Below, piece by piece: positions 9,501 through 18,441 of a DNA stretch of 42,064 bases (positions within the stretch are counted from its first letter, which is position 1; each line of letters begins with the position of its first letter). Below the pieces are notes generated by a model. That model saw only the letters and a program-made list of their open reading frames with translations, ran no database searches and was not told the origin of the DNA. The translations under genes and the position numbers were made by a program. Source of the stretch: Chlamydiia bacterium (lineage in GTDB: Bacteria; Chlamydiota; Chlamydiia; Chlamydiales; Parachlamydiaceae); assembly GCA_038257035.1 (NCBI GenBank), contig JBBSJT010000005.1, forward strand, positions 1 through 42,064, given 5' to 3'.

Positions 9501-11712
9501 CAATAAAAGGAGCATTAACTTTAGAGTCGCTTACTTCATAATTGCCATGGATATCGGTGAAAAGAAGGCCATTATTCTTATCAAAATAGGTAGCGTCCCT
9601 AATTGGAATGGTTCCTAGGGTAGTTTTTTTTATTAAATCAAAAAGATGACCGGCATTTTTAATTGAAGCTGTTTCCACAATAAAAAATTCATTTTCAAGA
9701 CTAATATGTTGTCCGTTGTAGGCTACCTGAAATTTTGTTTCATCAAATGAGCCTTCAAAATCAGCATAGCCTTTTAATTGAATTTGATCTTTTGGAAAAA
9801 TCAGAGGCGCAATATATTTTTCTAAGTTTAAGTGATCTGCCTTGAACCAACCGTTCATTAATGAGTATTTCGGCAGAAACTTATTACCGTCACTCATTTT
9901 CTCAAGCTCAAACCCAAATGTACAGGTTTCCTTGCGACCTTTGACTTTAGAAAAAATTTCAGATTCCGCCTCTATTGAAAAGATATCTTCTAATGTCCGT
10001 GCATCCACTAATTTTTTAAGCCTAGCGCTTATCTTTATGCCATCTTCTTTAAAAGATTGCAAAAGAGCTCTTCTTTTTAATTCAGGAAAAAAAGGAATAA
10101 GATTTGCTGCATCTCTTTCAAAAGCAAAATTCATTAAATAATCATTTCTTGATAAATCGAGATCACCTTTACCCTTTAACCCAAAAAAATTGCCCTCAAT
10201 GATTGTCGGTTGGCATTTTCCATTTTTGATATGTAAATCTGTTTTGAGATCAGTTAATATTGGGAAATCAAAATCATCCAATTTAATAGAACCGTTTTCC
10301 ACAAGAAGTGTTCCACTATAATCATCTAAAATATTGCTTGCTAGAAGATCAACCTCAAAATTTGCCAAAATTTGATCTGCTTCAATTTCCAATTGATATT
10401 TAGGAAAGGTGGCTTTTAAGTTATTTGATTTAAAATTTGCAAGCTTAAGCTTTTCAACCTTGTCTCCATTAATTTTAAGCTTAATATCTGCATCAAATAA
10501 TCCCTCATTGATCTCTACATCAGCAAAATTTGGGAAAATACTTTTAAGGGCTTTTTGAGCAATGGTCAATTCTTGAAATCCAAAGTTTTTAACTTTGATT
10601 TCTTTCAAATTATCGATCGATTTTAAATTTAACACAATTTTTTCTAGGGAGTTTGAATTGAGAATTAAATCTAGAAAATAAGCATCCTGAATTTTTTCCA
10701 ACGCTAAATTAACATCAAAATTTTTACAATCGTGATCGGACTCTCCTATCAAATCAATCTTAAAGCTGTTTGTTTTATCAAAATGACATTGTCCCGTCAA
10801 TTTGTTCAAAGAAAAAAGAGTATTATTATTTTCCTTCATTTCAAAAGAAGCTTCTTCTAAATTCATATGCCCTTGATTTCCATTGTAAAGGTGCAAATGA
10901 GTAAAGGGAATAGTTCCTGATATATTTAAAGGCTTGTATATAAATGAAAATTCTTTGGAAATAAGATCTGAGGTTACTTGGATGTTTTTAATTTCATCAA
11001 ATTCAATGGAAAGAGTTCCTGTTAAGGTTCCTGCCTCAATGAGAAATGAATCGAAATTTCTAAAAGCCGGAAGTAAAATGTGATGCAATTTTTGGCAGCA
11101 TAATTGATTAAATTCCATGTCTACATGAAAAATTGATGACTCTGATATTCTACCTTTAAGTTCCACCCAATTTTGTTCATCATCAGGAGAATCCATACTT
11201 ATTTTGACGTTTAATTCCTTTGCATCGATAAAATCATGATCTGAGCTGATATAGATCTCTTGAGGCACTCCATCTTTTTGATATTTCAAAATTCCATTTT
11301 TAATTTGGACTTGGCTGTTGATTTTAAACAATCCATAAGTTTCTTGTTTATTTTTCAAAAACTCTGTAAAGATCGGAGAAATTAAAGATAGATCCATTTT
11401 TGGATCGATGAAAGTCACGTATAGATCTATTTCTTTTTTTAAAAAATGAGGTTCAAAATAGAGAATTATTTCTTCCGAAACAAGATGGATTTTATCAGGA
11501 TTTGATTTGTCTACAATTTGTACATTTTCAAAATGGACGATTCGATCTCCATATTTCACGTTTTCAGCTTTTATAGTTGCGGCAAGGCACTCTTTACAAA
11601 TATTTCGAAAAGAATGTTCTGCAATTGCAACAAGAATTGTTCCCCAAAAAAATACCGCAAAACAAGCGCTAAGGGCAATAATAAGTAAAAGACATTTTTT
11701 AATTTTTGACAT
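6589..11712 (-). CDS. Large N-terminally anchored beta-rich protein, AsmA/YhdP/TamB-like
   Basis: 1707-aa ORF with a single N-terminal TM segment, alternating hydrophobic beta-strand pattern, and a C-terminal ...SIEGNLRRPTY resembling AsmA-like C-termini. Confidence 0.55.
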   Translation of the reverse strand: MSKIKKCLLLIIALSACFAVFFWGTILVAIAEHSFRNICKECLAATIKAENVKYGDRIVHFENVQIVDKSNPDKIHLVSEEIILYFEPHFLKKEIDLYVTFIDPKMDLSLISPIFTEFLKNKQETYGLFKINSQVQIKNGILKYQKDGVPQEIYISSDHDFIDAKELNVKISMDSPDDEQNWVELKGRISESSIFHVDMEFNQLCCQKLHHILLPAFRNFDSFLIEAGTLTGTLSIEFDEIKNIQVTSDLISKEFSFIYKPLNISGTIPFTHLHLYNGNQGHMNLEEASFEMKENNNTLFSLNKLTGQCHFDKTNSFKIDLIGESDHDCKNFDVNLALEKIQDAYFLDLILNSNSLEKIVLNLKSIDNLKEIKVKNFGFQELTIAQKALKSIFPNFADVEINEGLFDADIKLKINGDKVEKLKLANFKSNNLKATFPKYQLEIEADQILANFEVDLLASNILDDYSGTLLVENGSIKLDDFDFPILTDLKTDLHIKNGKCQPTIIEGNFFGLKGKGDLDLSRNDYLMNFAFERDAANLIPFFPELKRRALLQSFKEDGIKISARLKKLVDARTLEDIFSIEAESEIFSKVKGRKETCTFGFELEKMSDGNKFLPKYSLMNGWFKADHLNLEKYIAPLIFPKDQIQLKGYADFEGSFDETKFQVAYNGQHISLENEFFIVETASIKNAGHLFDLIKKTTLGTIPIRDATYFDKNNGLLFTDIHGNYEVSDSKVNAPFIEAFSNGIYFSGAQEIEISPKNDDELQVGLQIKTMKGKFSELQHLFSHFNKSAFFLKMPLESDVSFRQEGAFLKCKFDADGCQFEASIQGEISNGSIKSDNFDVSVQDLNVNFDYNHQANDLIFSDMHGTLLVGKPGRVEEYLVAGDRIHFADYLKSESTFDMWVGDKNRDIIRIVGKTKSKNEGLVEIALNHELSHFGDMHPTSFNCCLKEWSQLEVLNLDFEFKISHLFKDLQRFSRTGFFFLSRSLLKELNELTTACGDVVFHLDYDQPKSLFNYSLKGLKVEIGPHKFDLLSLKGTKSDQNWSIEELKLDQLTLGADIVSEENKCKINFLGVQIGSCLLAGLKGEYCKEENAFITDVHLFEANLDRLHESITLKHFADEFHPKGKFKGTGKLKVELGKGLFGFQSDLRLNGTLNNFQALGLHFKDLDHLSCHYLSDKGISFGEMKTALILNKDEPGEIKSVSLDALQVHYEFAENALFVEGLNFKLEASQLKNLTDLLAKTFKKKITTQVLEIVNESKKTDFFEGTLNLDISKPYYAMHLSLKDGTYRFFNQDHHVKNFAIDFDPCEFKLSTLYNYKGNEFFLDLSSKSPTLNYGKLELRDSEEHVVSDASFEMETPDPLDRSLVINWRNHKDTGLAIEACEGSFAGTKMQLYRNPEEPLQAGIFHLSGDFNFDMQRLVSFLPPELASKIKNWQIQKGYSLKGNWSLFDGQNFDLFNSKFKGILLGADFEFKGYHFQKLEAKVDYCKNQTKIHDLHVDDPCGTLYAEEVHLSPKDLGIWKITLPQLKIEDFRPSLIQHTNNQLNSQRKSFVITQLDLGDVTGELFDEKSFKGYGHFSFKNPHKKNFQNTIFAIPAEIISRIGLSLTVLTPVIGTVEYQLLDGKVLLNKFHEVYSEGRLSKFYLATTPYPSYVDFEGNLFMKVRMKQYNLLFKLAELFVVSIEGNLRRPTYSLQKLKHELPESLVADH

Positions 11713-11877
11713 GATACAACACTGAAATCTCTTTTAATAGAACCCCTAATTTTGAACGATCGGCAAATTGGATGCAATCAAAATCCTTTGGTATTTTTAC
11801 CATGAGCATGAAAAGATTTTTCTTGTGTAGCAACTTTTAAACATGTAAAAATGAATTTTAATTTTAAGGGGGACATT

Positions 11878-12180
11878 ATGAATTCATTAAAATTTGCATT
11901 TGGGTTAGTTGGGGTAGCTTCTGCGCATGAAATTTATGTACAATCTGAACTAAAAAAACTTGAAATTAAGAGTCAAAAAATTCAAGAGTTATTAGATAAC
12001 CGCGAAACAAAAGATCTTTGGCAATACAGGGAATTTGGTACGAATCGCTTCTACTGTGGCGGGAACGAATATTTGACGATGCCTCAAGCTGAATCTAAGC
12101 TGCTCATAGTCAATAATAAAATCAAAAATATGCAACCCTATAGCGTTATTTATCAATTCAATCAACTTTGCAGATCTTAG
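11878..12180 (+). CDS. Hypothetical protein (~100 aa)
   Basis: ATG preceded by AAGGGGGAC; short hydrophobic N-terminus followed by a coiled-coil-like segment. Confidence 0.6.
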   Translation: MNSLKFAFGLVGVASAHEIYVQSELKKLEIKSQKIQELLDNRETKDLWQYREFGTNRFYCGGNEYLTMPQAESKLLIVNNKIKNMQPYSVIYQFNQLCRS

Positions 12181-12267
12181 CAACTATAGAGTTGCATTTT
12201 AAACAGAACAAATATTTTGCTAAGGTTCAAAGGACCTCTCTCTAGCTGCGAATGCGGCGAAAGCATG

Positions 12268-12416
12268 TAGCCGCGAGTGTGAACCCGCGGATAATACAAA
12301 AATAAAAATGAGCTGCGTTAGCTGCGACAGAAAAAACAGGGGCTATAGTTTCCTGTCGCCACTTTCGTGGCTTATTTTTTTATTGTTGATTATCCGCGGG
12401 TTCACACCCGCGGCTA
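12268..12416. repeat. REP-doublet (REPIN-like) inverted repeat
   Basis: TAGCCGCGAGTGTGAACCCGCGGATAAT...ATTATCCGCGGGTTCACACCCGCGGCTA; each end is itself a small hairpin; inner GCGACAG/CTGTCGC pair. Confidence 0.8.
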
Positions 12417-12456
12417 GCAAATAGAGACAAGCAACTTTGTATGTATTATTAATCTA

Positions 12457-12485
12457 TTGACATTAATATCGATCGCTTTTAAAAT
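12457..12485 (+). promoter_or_regulatory. Consensus sigma70/66 promoter
   Basis: TTGACA-N17-TAAAAT upstream of ATG 12530. Confidence 0.75.
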
Positions 12486-12529
12486 TTTGTTAAACTTTAT
12501 TAAAAACTTACAAATTTATAGGAAAATTA

Positions 12530-13022
12530 ATGATTACTTCATCAAGTGCTTTTGCATCAAGTCTTGCAGCAACAAGCTTTGCCCCTTTCGTTAATGTTAT
12601 AAATGGCAATTCTCTTGTGTTCTTAGGTGGCGGAATAGCTTTTGCTATAAATAAACTAGCTCATAAAATGTTTTCAAAAAGATTCTAATGCCTCTACTGC
12701 AATTAAAACTGTTGCATTTGTAGCAGGAGCCGGTGCTTGTTACTTAATCGCACCTGGTGCTGCCTTTTTTTCGGTTTCTTTAGTTAATGCTACAATTATG
12801 GCTATTTCTAACATATTTTGTACCCTTATACTAAAAAAAGTTGAAGATAAGCAGTTGTCCCAAAGATTGACGCCTGGGTCCTATCAGCCTGACTATTTCC
12901 TATATGTAAGTGGGGGAATGGCTTCATCCCTACCTATCGTTGGTCTTTTTGGACGCGTGGGTTTGGTGGCACTGGGTATGGGCGGTGCATTAGCCGGTGT
13001 TTACCTATCTGATAATTTCTAG
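12530..13022 (+). pseudogene. Frameshifted paralog of 13200-13613 (small Gly/Ala-rich membrane protein)
   Basis: 12530-12688 encodes MITSSSAFASSLAATSFAPFVNVINGNSLVFLGGGIAFAINKLAHKMF, nearly identical to the neighbour. Homology resumes in the +1 frame from 12675 (QKDSNASTAIKTVAFVAGAG...) and runs into ORF 12798-13022. Confidence 0.8.
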
Positions 13023-13065
13023 ATCCTAACATTTGAGTCGGCCTTTCTACTTTAAGTTTTCTACT

Positions 13066-13098
13066 ATTATAAGGCAGGCTGAAGGCCTGCGTTATAAT
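13066..13098. repeat. Single REP-like hairpin
   Basis: ATTATAAGGCAGGCTGAAGGCCTGCGTTATAAT; the 17-nt core GCAGGCTGAAGGCCTGC is identical to 27056-27072. Confidence 0.7.
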
Positions 13099-13125
13099 GA
13101 AAACTAAAATCTATTGAAAGAAATA

Positions 13126-13155
13126 TTGACATTAATATCTAATTGATTGTAAAAT
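13126..13155 (+). promoter_or_regulatory. Duplicated sigma70/66 promoter
   Basis: TTGACA-N18-TAAAAT; the downstream UTR is nearly identical to that of 12530. Confidence 0.7.
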
Positions 13156-13199
13156 TTTGTTAAACTTTATTAAAAACATACAAACTTAAAGGAAAAATA

Positions 13200-13613
13200 A
13201 TGATTACAACATCAAGTGCCTTTGCATCGAGTCTTGCAGCAACAAACTTTGCCCCCTTAGTAAATTTTGTCAATGGCAATGCTCTTTTTCTCTTAGGTGG
13301 TGGAATTGCTTTTGCTGTAAATAAATTGGCTCATCAAATATTTTCGGTTCAAAAAAATTCTCATGCATCTAAAGCAATTAGCGCTGTCGCATTTTTAGCA
13401 GGAGCTGCAGCCAGTTTTTCAGTTGCACCTCATGCAGCTATTTTTTCATATACTATGCATGATGCTCTCATTTTAGGCTTAGTAATCGCCGTGATTGCGA
13501 CCATATTTAAGGGAATCTTAGGCTGTGCTACAATACCCATCATTGGGGTTTATGGACACGCAGCTTTAATATCATGCGGCTCAATTGGAGCAGCCTTAGG
13601 CGCTATCATTTAA
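13200..13613 (+). CDS. Small multi-pass hydrophobic protein (Inc-like candidate)
   Basis: 137 aa, Ser/Thr-rich N-terminus, about four Gly/Ala-rich hydrophobic segments; AAAGGAAAA before ATG. Confidence 0.7.
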   Translation: MITTSSAFASSLAATNFAPLVNFVNGNALFLLGGGIAFAVNKLAHQIFSVQKNSHASKAISAVAFLAGAAASFSVAPHAAIFSYTMHDALILGLVIAVIATIFKGILGCATIPIIGVYGHAALISCGSIGAALGAII

Positions 13614-13641
13614 CCTTTTTAAAAGACAGCTCAAAAGCCCG

Positions 13642-13802
13642 GTACATCATGTCGTTTAAATTGGTAGATAATATGCTTGTATTTTGCCTCTAGTATAAGA
13701 ATTAATTTCAACACCATACATTGTTGTAGGATTGAAATTTAATTCTTAAAATAGAGGTGAAAGACAAGCATAGGATCTATCAATTTAGAGGACGTGGTAT
13801 AC
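13642..13802. repeat. AT-rich MITE-like imperfect inverted repeat (~70-bp arms)
   Basis: GTACATCATGTCGTTTAAATTGGTAGATAATATGCTTGT...AATTTCAA versus the reverse complement of the right arm GTATACCACGTCCTCTAAATTGATAGATCCTATGCTTGT...AATTTCAA. Confidence 0.8.
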
Positions 13803-14056
13803 TAAAGGCGATTGAGCTGTTGTTTGACTGCATTGTCAAGTTTTGTGGCAACTTGTTCTTTTTTAGCCTTGATCTTAGGATCGGCATCTTTATCGACTTC
13901 CCTTTTTAGATCAAAGGAAGCGCGTTGGAAAAGATCTTTTGTTTTCTGGAATAAAGCCGCCGTTTTTTCTTCTTGTTTGGGTTTAGCCGGCTGGTTTGAT
14001 AAAATAGAAGCCGAAGGGTGTGATCCAATTTTAGGACTATCTTTAGAAATTGGCAT
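13802..14056 (-). CDS. Small hypothetical protein (84 aa), Ser/Pro-rich N-terminus
   Basis: AAGGAG RBS upstream of ATG 14056 (MPISKDSPKIGSHPSAS...); helical Lys-rich C-terminus. Confidence 0.65.
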   Translation of the reverse strand: MPISKDSPKIGSHPSASILSNQPAKPKQEEKTAALFQKTKDLFQRASFDLKREVDKDADPKIKAKKEQVATKLDNAVKQQLNRL

Positions 14057-14293
14057 AATCAAGTCTCCTTCTTTTATATTATAAACTAAACATCTGTATA
14101 ACTTTATTATATAATTTAACAAAAATAAAGTACATATAAAAAGCCTTTTCTAAACACTACTTATAATCTTCCCTAAACTCTTTGATTATATAGAAAAATA
14201 TAAATATTCTCTTTTTTCAAGAAGTCTTTATTGACATTTATCATTTTTTTGATAGCCTCATATCATAAGCACTATTTGAATGCAAAGGAGACC

Positions 14294-15829
14294 ATGTTAC
14301 GCCGATTTTTAGACTCACAACTAGCACTATCTGAAAAAGGTAAACCCCTTCACTTCTTAAGACCTCTAATTGAGGCTTCCGACACATTCCTTTTTGAAGC
14401 TCCATTAACTACAAAAACAGGTCCTCATATCCGAGATGCAATTGACATCAAACGTTGGATGGTTCTTGTCGTGGTTTCCCTCATTCCCTGCATATTAATG
14501 GCAATATGGAATAGCGGCCTACAAAGCGTTGTTTATTCAAGTGGTGATTATCATTTGATGCAGGAATTTTTGACAGCTTCTCAATCTTTCTCAGGTTATT
14601 TTAATTTTGCCTTAAAAGACAATCGCTACCTTACCTTTATTGCTGAAGGTTTAAAAATTTTCATTCCCTTAACAATTGTAGCCTACGCGGTTGGAACGTT
14701 TTGGGAATATATGTTTGCTTATTTACGAGGTCATGAGATTTCAGAAGGGTTACTTGTAACAGGTATTCTTTATGTTTTGATTCTACCTCCAACAATTCCT
14801 TACTGGATGGTAGCTTTTGGTATAACGGCCGGAATCATCTTTTCAAAAGAAGTCTTTGGTGGTTCAGGCATGAATATTGTCAACCCGGCTCTAGCTTGCA
14901 GAGCTTTTCTCTTTTTCACATTTCCAGGAAGAATGACGGGCGATGTTTGGGTAGGAACAAACCCTGTGACCGTTCGCAATAGCCTGATTAAAATGAATCA
15001 GGAAGCAAAATTGTCTGAAATCGATGGATTTTCACAGGCGACTTCTTTAAATAATTTTAATATCTCATCTGAAATAAAAAATATACATGTCGATGCCATT
15101 GCCGCAAATCAGGTAGGGAGTGATTTTTCAGGTTTTGATACAATCTCTCAACATTTTGATAAATGGAAAGGAGTTAGCCAACCGGATGCACTATTGGGAA
15201 AACTTAATCCTGATCAAATGCAAAGCTTTGTTACAACTCCTCTTAGCGATGGTGGCTTAGGATTATCTCCTAGTTTTTATGATGATGCGTATCAATTTGC
15301 TTACCTTAAATTCGGCCTTGGAAATAATAACGATCTTGGATTTTTCTTTGGCAATAAATTAGGGTGTTTAGGAGAAACTTCAACATTTGCATGTCTTCTT
15401 GGGGCTCTATTTCTTATCTATACAGGCGTTGCTTCTTGGAGAACAATTGTTTCTGTGCTACTCGGGGCATTTTTAACAGCTTTCACTTTCGAAATGGCCT
15501 CTTATTACTTTGCAAGTGATCATGGTGCTTTTGTAGCCGCGCAGTTTGGATTTCCGGCTTACAAACATCTGATTCTTGGAGGTCTTGCTTTTGGAGCTGT
15601 CTTCATGGCAACAGACCCTGTTTCTTCACCTTCTTTAAAACTTTCACAATGGCTCTATGGAATACTTATTGGAATAGTTGTAATCGTGATTCGTGTTGTC
15701 AACCCGGCCTACCCTGAAGGCGTGATGCTTGCAATCCTTGTCGGTAATGTATTTGCACCGTTAATTGATTATTATGTGGCTAACTACTCAAGAAAAAGGA
15801 GAAACCCAAGTGCCGGAAGAGACGCCTAA
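14294..15829 (+). CDS. nqrB: Na+-translocating NADH:quinone reductase subunit B
   Basis: PHIRDAIDIKRWM, KEVFGGSGMNIVNPAL, FMN site DGFSQAT, FMATDPVS; AAGGAG RBS before ATG 14294. Confidence 0.96.
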   Translation: MLRRFLDSQLALSEKGKPLHFLRPLIEASDTFLFEAPLTTKTGPHIRDAIDIKRWMVLVVVSLIPCILMAIWNSGLQSVVYSSGDYHLMQEFLTASQSFSGYFNFALKDNRYLTFIAEGLKIFIPLTIVAYAVGTFWEYMFAYLRGHEISEGLLVTGILYVLILPPTIPYWMVAFGITAGIIFSKEVFGGSGMNIVNPALACRAFLFFTFPGRMTGDVWVGTNPVTVRNSLIKMNQEAKLSEIDGFSQATSLNNFNISSEIKNIHVDAIAANQVGSDFSGFDTISQHFDKWKGVSQPDALLGKLNPDQMQSFVTTPLSDGGLGLSPSFYDDAYQFAYLKFGLGNNNDLGFFFGNKLGCLGETSTFACLLGALFLIYTGVASWRTIVSVLLGAFLTAFTFEMASYYFASDHGAFVAAQFGFPAYKHLILGGLAFGAVFMATDPVSSPSLKLSQWLYGILIGIVVIVIRVVNPAYPEGVMLAILVGNVFAPLIDYYVANYSRKRRNPSAGRDA

Positions 15830-16721
15830 AACTACTTACACAAACTCTCAGGTCATTATTTTCATGGTCATTTTGAGTTTTACTTGTGCCCTCATTTTGT
15901 CGCTTCTTGCAAGCGCACTTGAGCAACCAAAGGAAATTGCAAAAGAGCTTGATAGAAGTCAACAAATGATGATCGCTGCAAAAATGCTAAGCCATGACGG
16001 TTATTTTTTGATGGAAAATGACAAGGGCGAATTCATTCCGGCAAAGTATCAAAAAGGTGGACTCCTAGTTCCGGGAAGCAAAAATGATATACCAACCCGT
16101 GCAGAACTTTTAGAAATCTACCAAAAAAGATTGATTCCTGTTCTTGTTGATGATAAAGGCGACTTGACAACGTTTGAACAGACTAATATTGATAAGGATG
16201 ACTACATCTCAAAATACAGAAAAACAGGATACTACAAACAGCCCTACAAGCTTCTTTACAAAATTATGCCTAATTCTGAAGCTTCCACTGCAGAGGATAA
16301 TCCTATCGGATATGTAATCCCTGTCAACGGGTATGGGCTTTGGGATGCGATTTATGGCTATATGGCAATCAAACCGGACGGTGATACTATTATTGGAATA
16401 TCCTGGTATGATCAAAAAGAAACCCCTGGACTCGGAGCTGACATTGCCGCAGGCTACTGGCAGGATTTGTTCACCGGAAAAGTAATTTTCCAGGAGACAC
16501 CCTCCGGAAAAACCGATTTTAAAACCGCTGCCATTGGCATTATTGTTGTAAGGGGCAAAGTATCTGATGTTCTAGGAAGTTCACCCAAGGCAAAAAGTGC
16601 CGTTGATGGAATGGCGGGGGCAACCTTGACGGGAAATGGCGTAACGGAAGCCTACAGTACAGTTTTAAATGCCTATCGCCCATTTTTTATTAAGATTCAC
16701 GAAGAAAATAGTAAAGGTTAA
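15810..16721 (+). CDS. nqrC: Na+-NQR subunit C
   Basis: GYGLWDAIYGY, ETPGLG, FMN motif VDGMAGATLTGNGV; GTG start after AGGAG. Confidence 0.95.
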   Translation: MPEETPKTTYTNSQVIIFMVILSFTCALILSLLASALEQPKEIAKELDRSQQMMIAAKMLSHDGYFLMENDKGEFIPAKYQKGGLLVPGSKNDIPTRAELLEIYQKRLIPVLVDDKGDLTTFEQTNIDKDDYISKYRKTGYYKQPYKLLYKIMPNSEASTAEDNPIGYVIPVNGYGLWDAIYGYMAIKPDGDTIIGISWYDQKETPGLGADIAAGYWQDLFTGKVIFQETPSGKTDFKTAAIGIIVVRGKVSDVLGSSPKAKSAVDGMAGATLTGNGVTEAYSTVLNAYRPFFIKIHEENSKG

Positions 16722-16727
16722 GGTCTT

Positions 16728-17360
16728 ATGGCTGATGTAAACAAAACAAATATGAGCTATTTAACAGGTCAGCTATGGAAAGAAAACCAAGTTTTAGTAG
16801 CTATTTTAGGAATTTGCTCTGCCCTTGGTGTCACAAACCGTCTTTCAGTTGCCATTACCATGGGAATTGCTGTTTCATTTGTCACAGCATGTTCTGCTTT
16901 CTTTGTTTCGCTTTTAAGAAAAATTACTCCGGATAGCGTGCGAATGATCACGCAACTTGCAATCATCTCCGTCTTTGTAATTATTATTGATCAGTTTTTA
17001 CAAGCCTACTTTTTTAGTATTTCGAAAGTTTTAAGTGTGTTTGTCGGTTTGATTATTACAAATTGTATTGTAATGGGACGCATGGAAGGCATGGCAAAAA
17101 ATGTAACACCGATTCCGGCCTTTATGGATGGTTTGGGCGCAGGACTTGGTTATGCATGGGTTTTATTCATAATCGGAGCAATCAGAGAATTTTTTGGTTT
17201 TGGGCAATTATTGGGAATTCAAGTGATACCAAAAGCATTTTATGCCTCTGCAACAAGCCCTAATGGTTATGAAAATATGGCCTTTATGGTGAGTCCTCCT
17301 GCAGCCTTTTTTATCATTGGCTGCATGATCTGGATCTATAATAACTACAATAATAAATAA
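16728..17360 (+). CDS. nqrD: Na+-NQR subunit D
   Basis: [34 protein letters not shown]. Confidence 0.96.
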   Translation: MADVNKTNMSYLTGQLWKENQVLVAILGICSALGVTNRLSVAITMGIAVSFVTACSAFFVSLLRKITPDSVRMITQLAIISVFVIIIDQFLQAYFFSISKVLSVFVGLIITNCIVMGRMEGMAKNVTPIPAFMDGLGAGLGYAWVLFIIGAIREFFGFGQLLGIQVIPKAFYASATSPNGYENMAFMVSPPAAFFIIGCMIWIYNNYNNK

Positions 17361-17389
17361 CTTTAAGATACAAAAAAACGAGAAAAACT

Positions 17390-18109
17390 ATGTGGATGGG
17401 TAATTACGAAACGTTAAATCTTTTTGGACTTTTAATCCAATCTGTTTTGATTGAAAATTTTATTTTTGCCAATTTTTTAGGTATGTGTACCTATTTAGCT
17501 TGCTCAACAAAACTAAAAACAGCAAATGGTCTTGGCCTTGCAGTTGTATTTGTGCTTGGTATTTCCGGAATATTGAATTGGTGTGTGCATAAGTTTGTAA
17601 CGGCTCCCGGCGCTCTTTCATGGCTAAGTGTATTTGGTATTGATGCAGCATCTGTAAATCTTAATTTTCTTGAATTTCTTCTTTTTATTTCGGTGATTGC
17701 AGGTTTTGTTCAAGTATTGGAAATCATGATTGAAAAACTCGCTCCAAGCCTTTACCTTTCACTTGGTCTTTATCTTCCACTCATTGCCGTAAATTGTGCC
17801 ATCTTAGGTGCCTGCCTTTTTGCCGTCACTCGCGATTACCCTTTTTGGCCAAACCTTATTTATGTGTTTGGTTCAGGACTTGGATGGTGGCTTGCTATTG
17901 CTTTAATTGCTGCTATCAGAGAAAAGCTTGTAATTTCAAATGTGGTTCCTTCTTTAAGAGGAATGGGCATTACCTTTATCATGACGGGGTTAATGGCAAT
18001 GGCTTTCCAAGGCTTTACAGGTATTAAATTGGCAGTTCCAACGGGCACTTCAGTCGAGGCAGTGGACGCCAAAACACAGCCACCATCCCCGTACCCCACC
18101 ACCGACTAA
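17390..18109 (+). CDS. nqrE: Na+-NQR subunit E
   Basis: FLGMCTYLACS, LPLIAVNCAILG, LRGMGITFIMTGLMAMAF. Confidence 0.96.
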   Translation: MWMGNYETLNLFGLLIQSVLIENFIFANFLGMCTYLACSTKLKTANGLGLAVVFVLGISGILNWCVHKFVTAPGALSWLSVFGIDAASVNLNFLEFLLFISVIAGFVQVLEIMIEKLAPSLYLSLGLYLPLIAVNCAILGACLFAVTRDYPFWPNLIYVFGSGLGWWLAIALIAAIREKLVISNVVPSLRGMGITFIMTGLMAMAFQGFTGIKLAVPTGTSVEAVDAKTQPPSPYPTTD

Positions 18110-18185
18110 CAGGGTTTTTTATCACAAAGTTCACAGAGTTCATGTAGAGAAGTAGGATGTGTGAGTATGCTGTAGAGAGACTTAT

Positions 18186-18381
18186 TTAAACGTGTATGAT
18201 TTTTTCGACGCAGAGACGCAGAGACGCGGAGAAGCGCGCTTAAGCGCGAAAAACGACAATTTGAATTCTTTTCTAAGGCATTCCCACGGTTAGCTTTTTC
18301 TTGTTCTATTCGCGCAATAGCGCGCTTCTCTGCGCCTCTGCGTCTCTGCGTCTCTGCGTTGAAAAAATCATATACGCTATA
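18186..18381. repeat. Long palindromic element (ACGCAGAG-type arms)
   Basis: CGTGTATGATTTTTTCGACGCAGAGACGCAGAGACGCGGAGAAGCGCGCTTAAGCGCGAA inverted with ...CTCTGCGTCTCTGCGTTGAAAAAATCATATACG; 3 versus 4 octamer units. Confidence 0.92.
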
Positions 18382-18441
18382 ACAAATGAATCTTGTATAT
18401 CTTCTTTCTCTTTGTTTCTTGGTGAAAATGTGGTGAAATTA

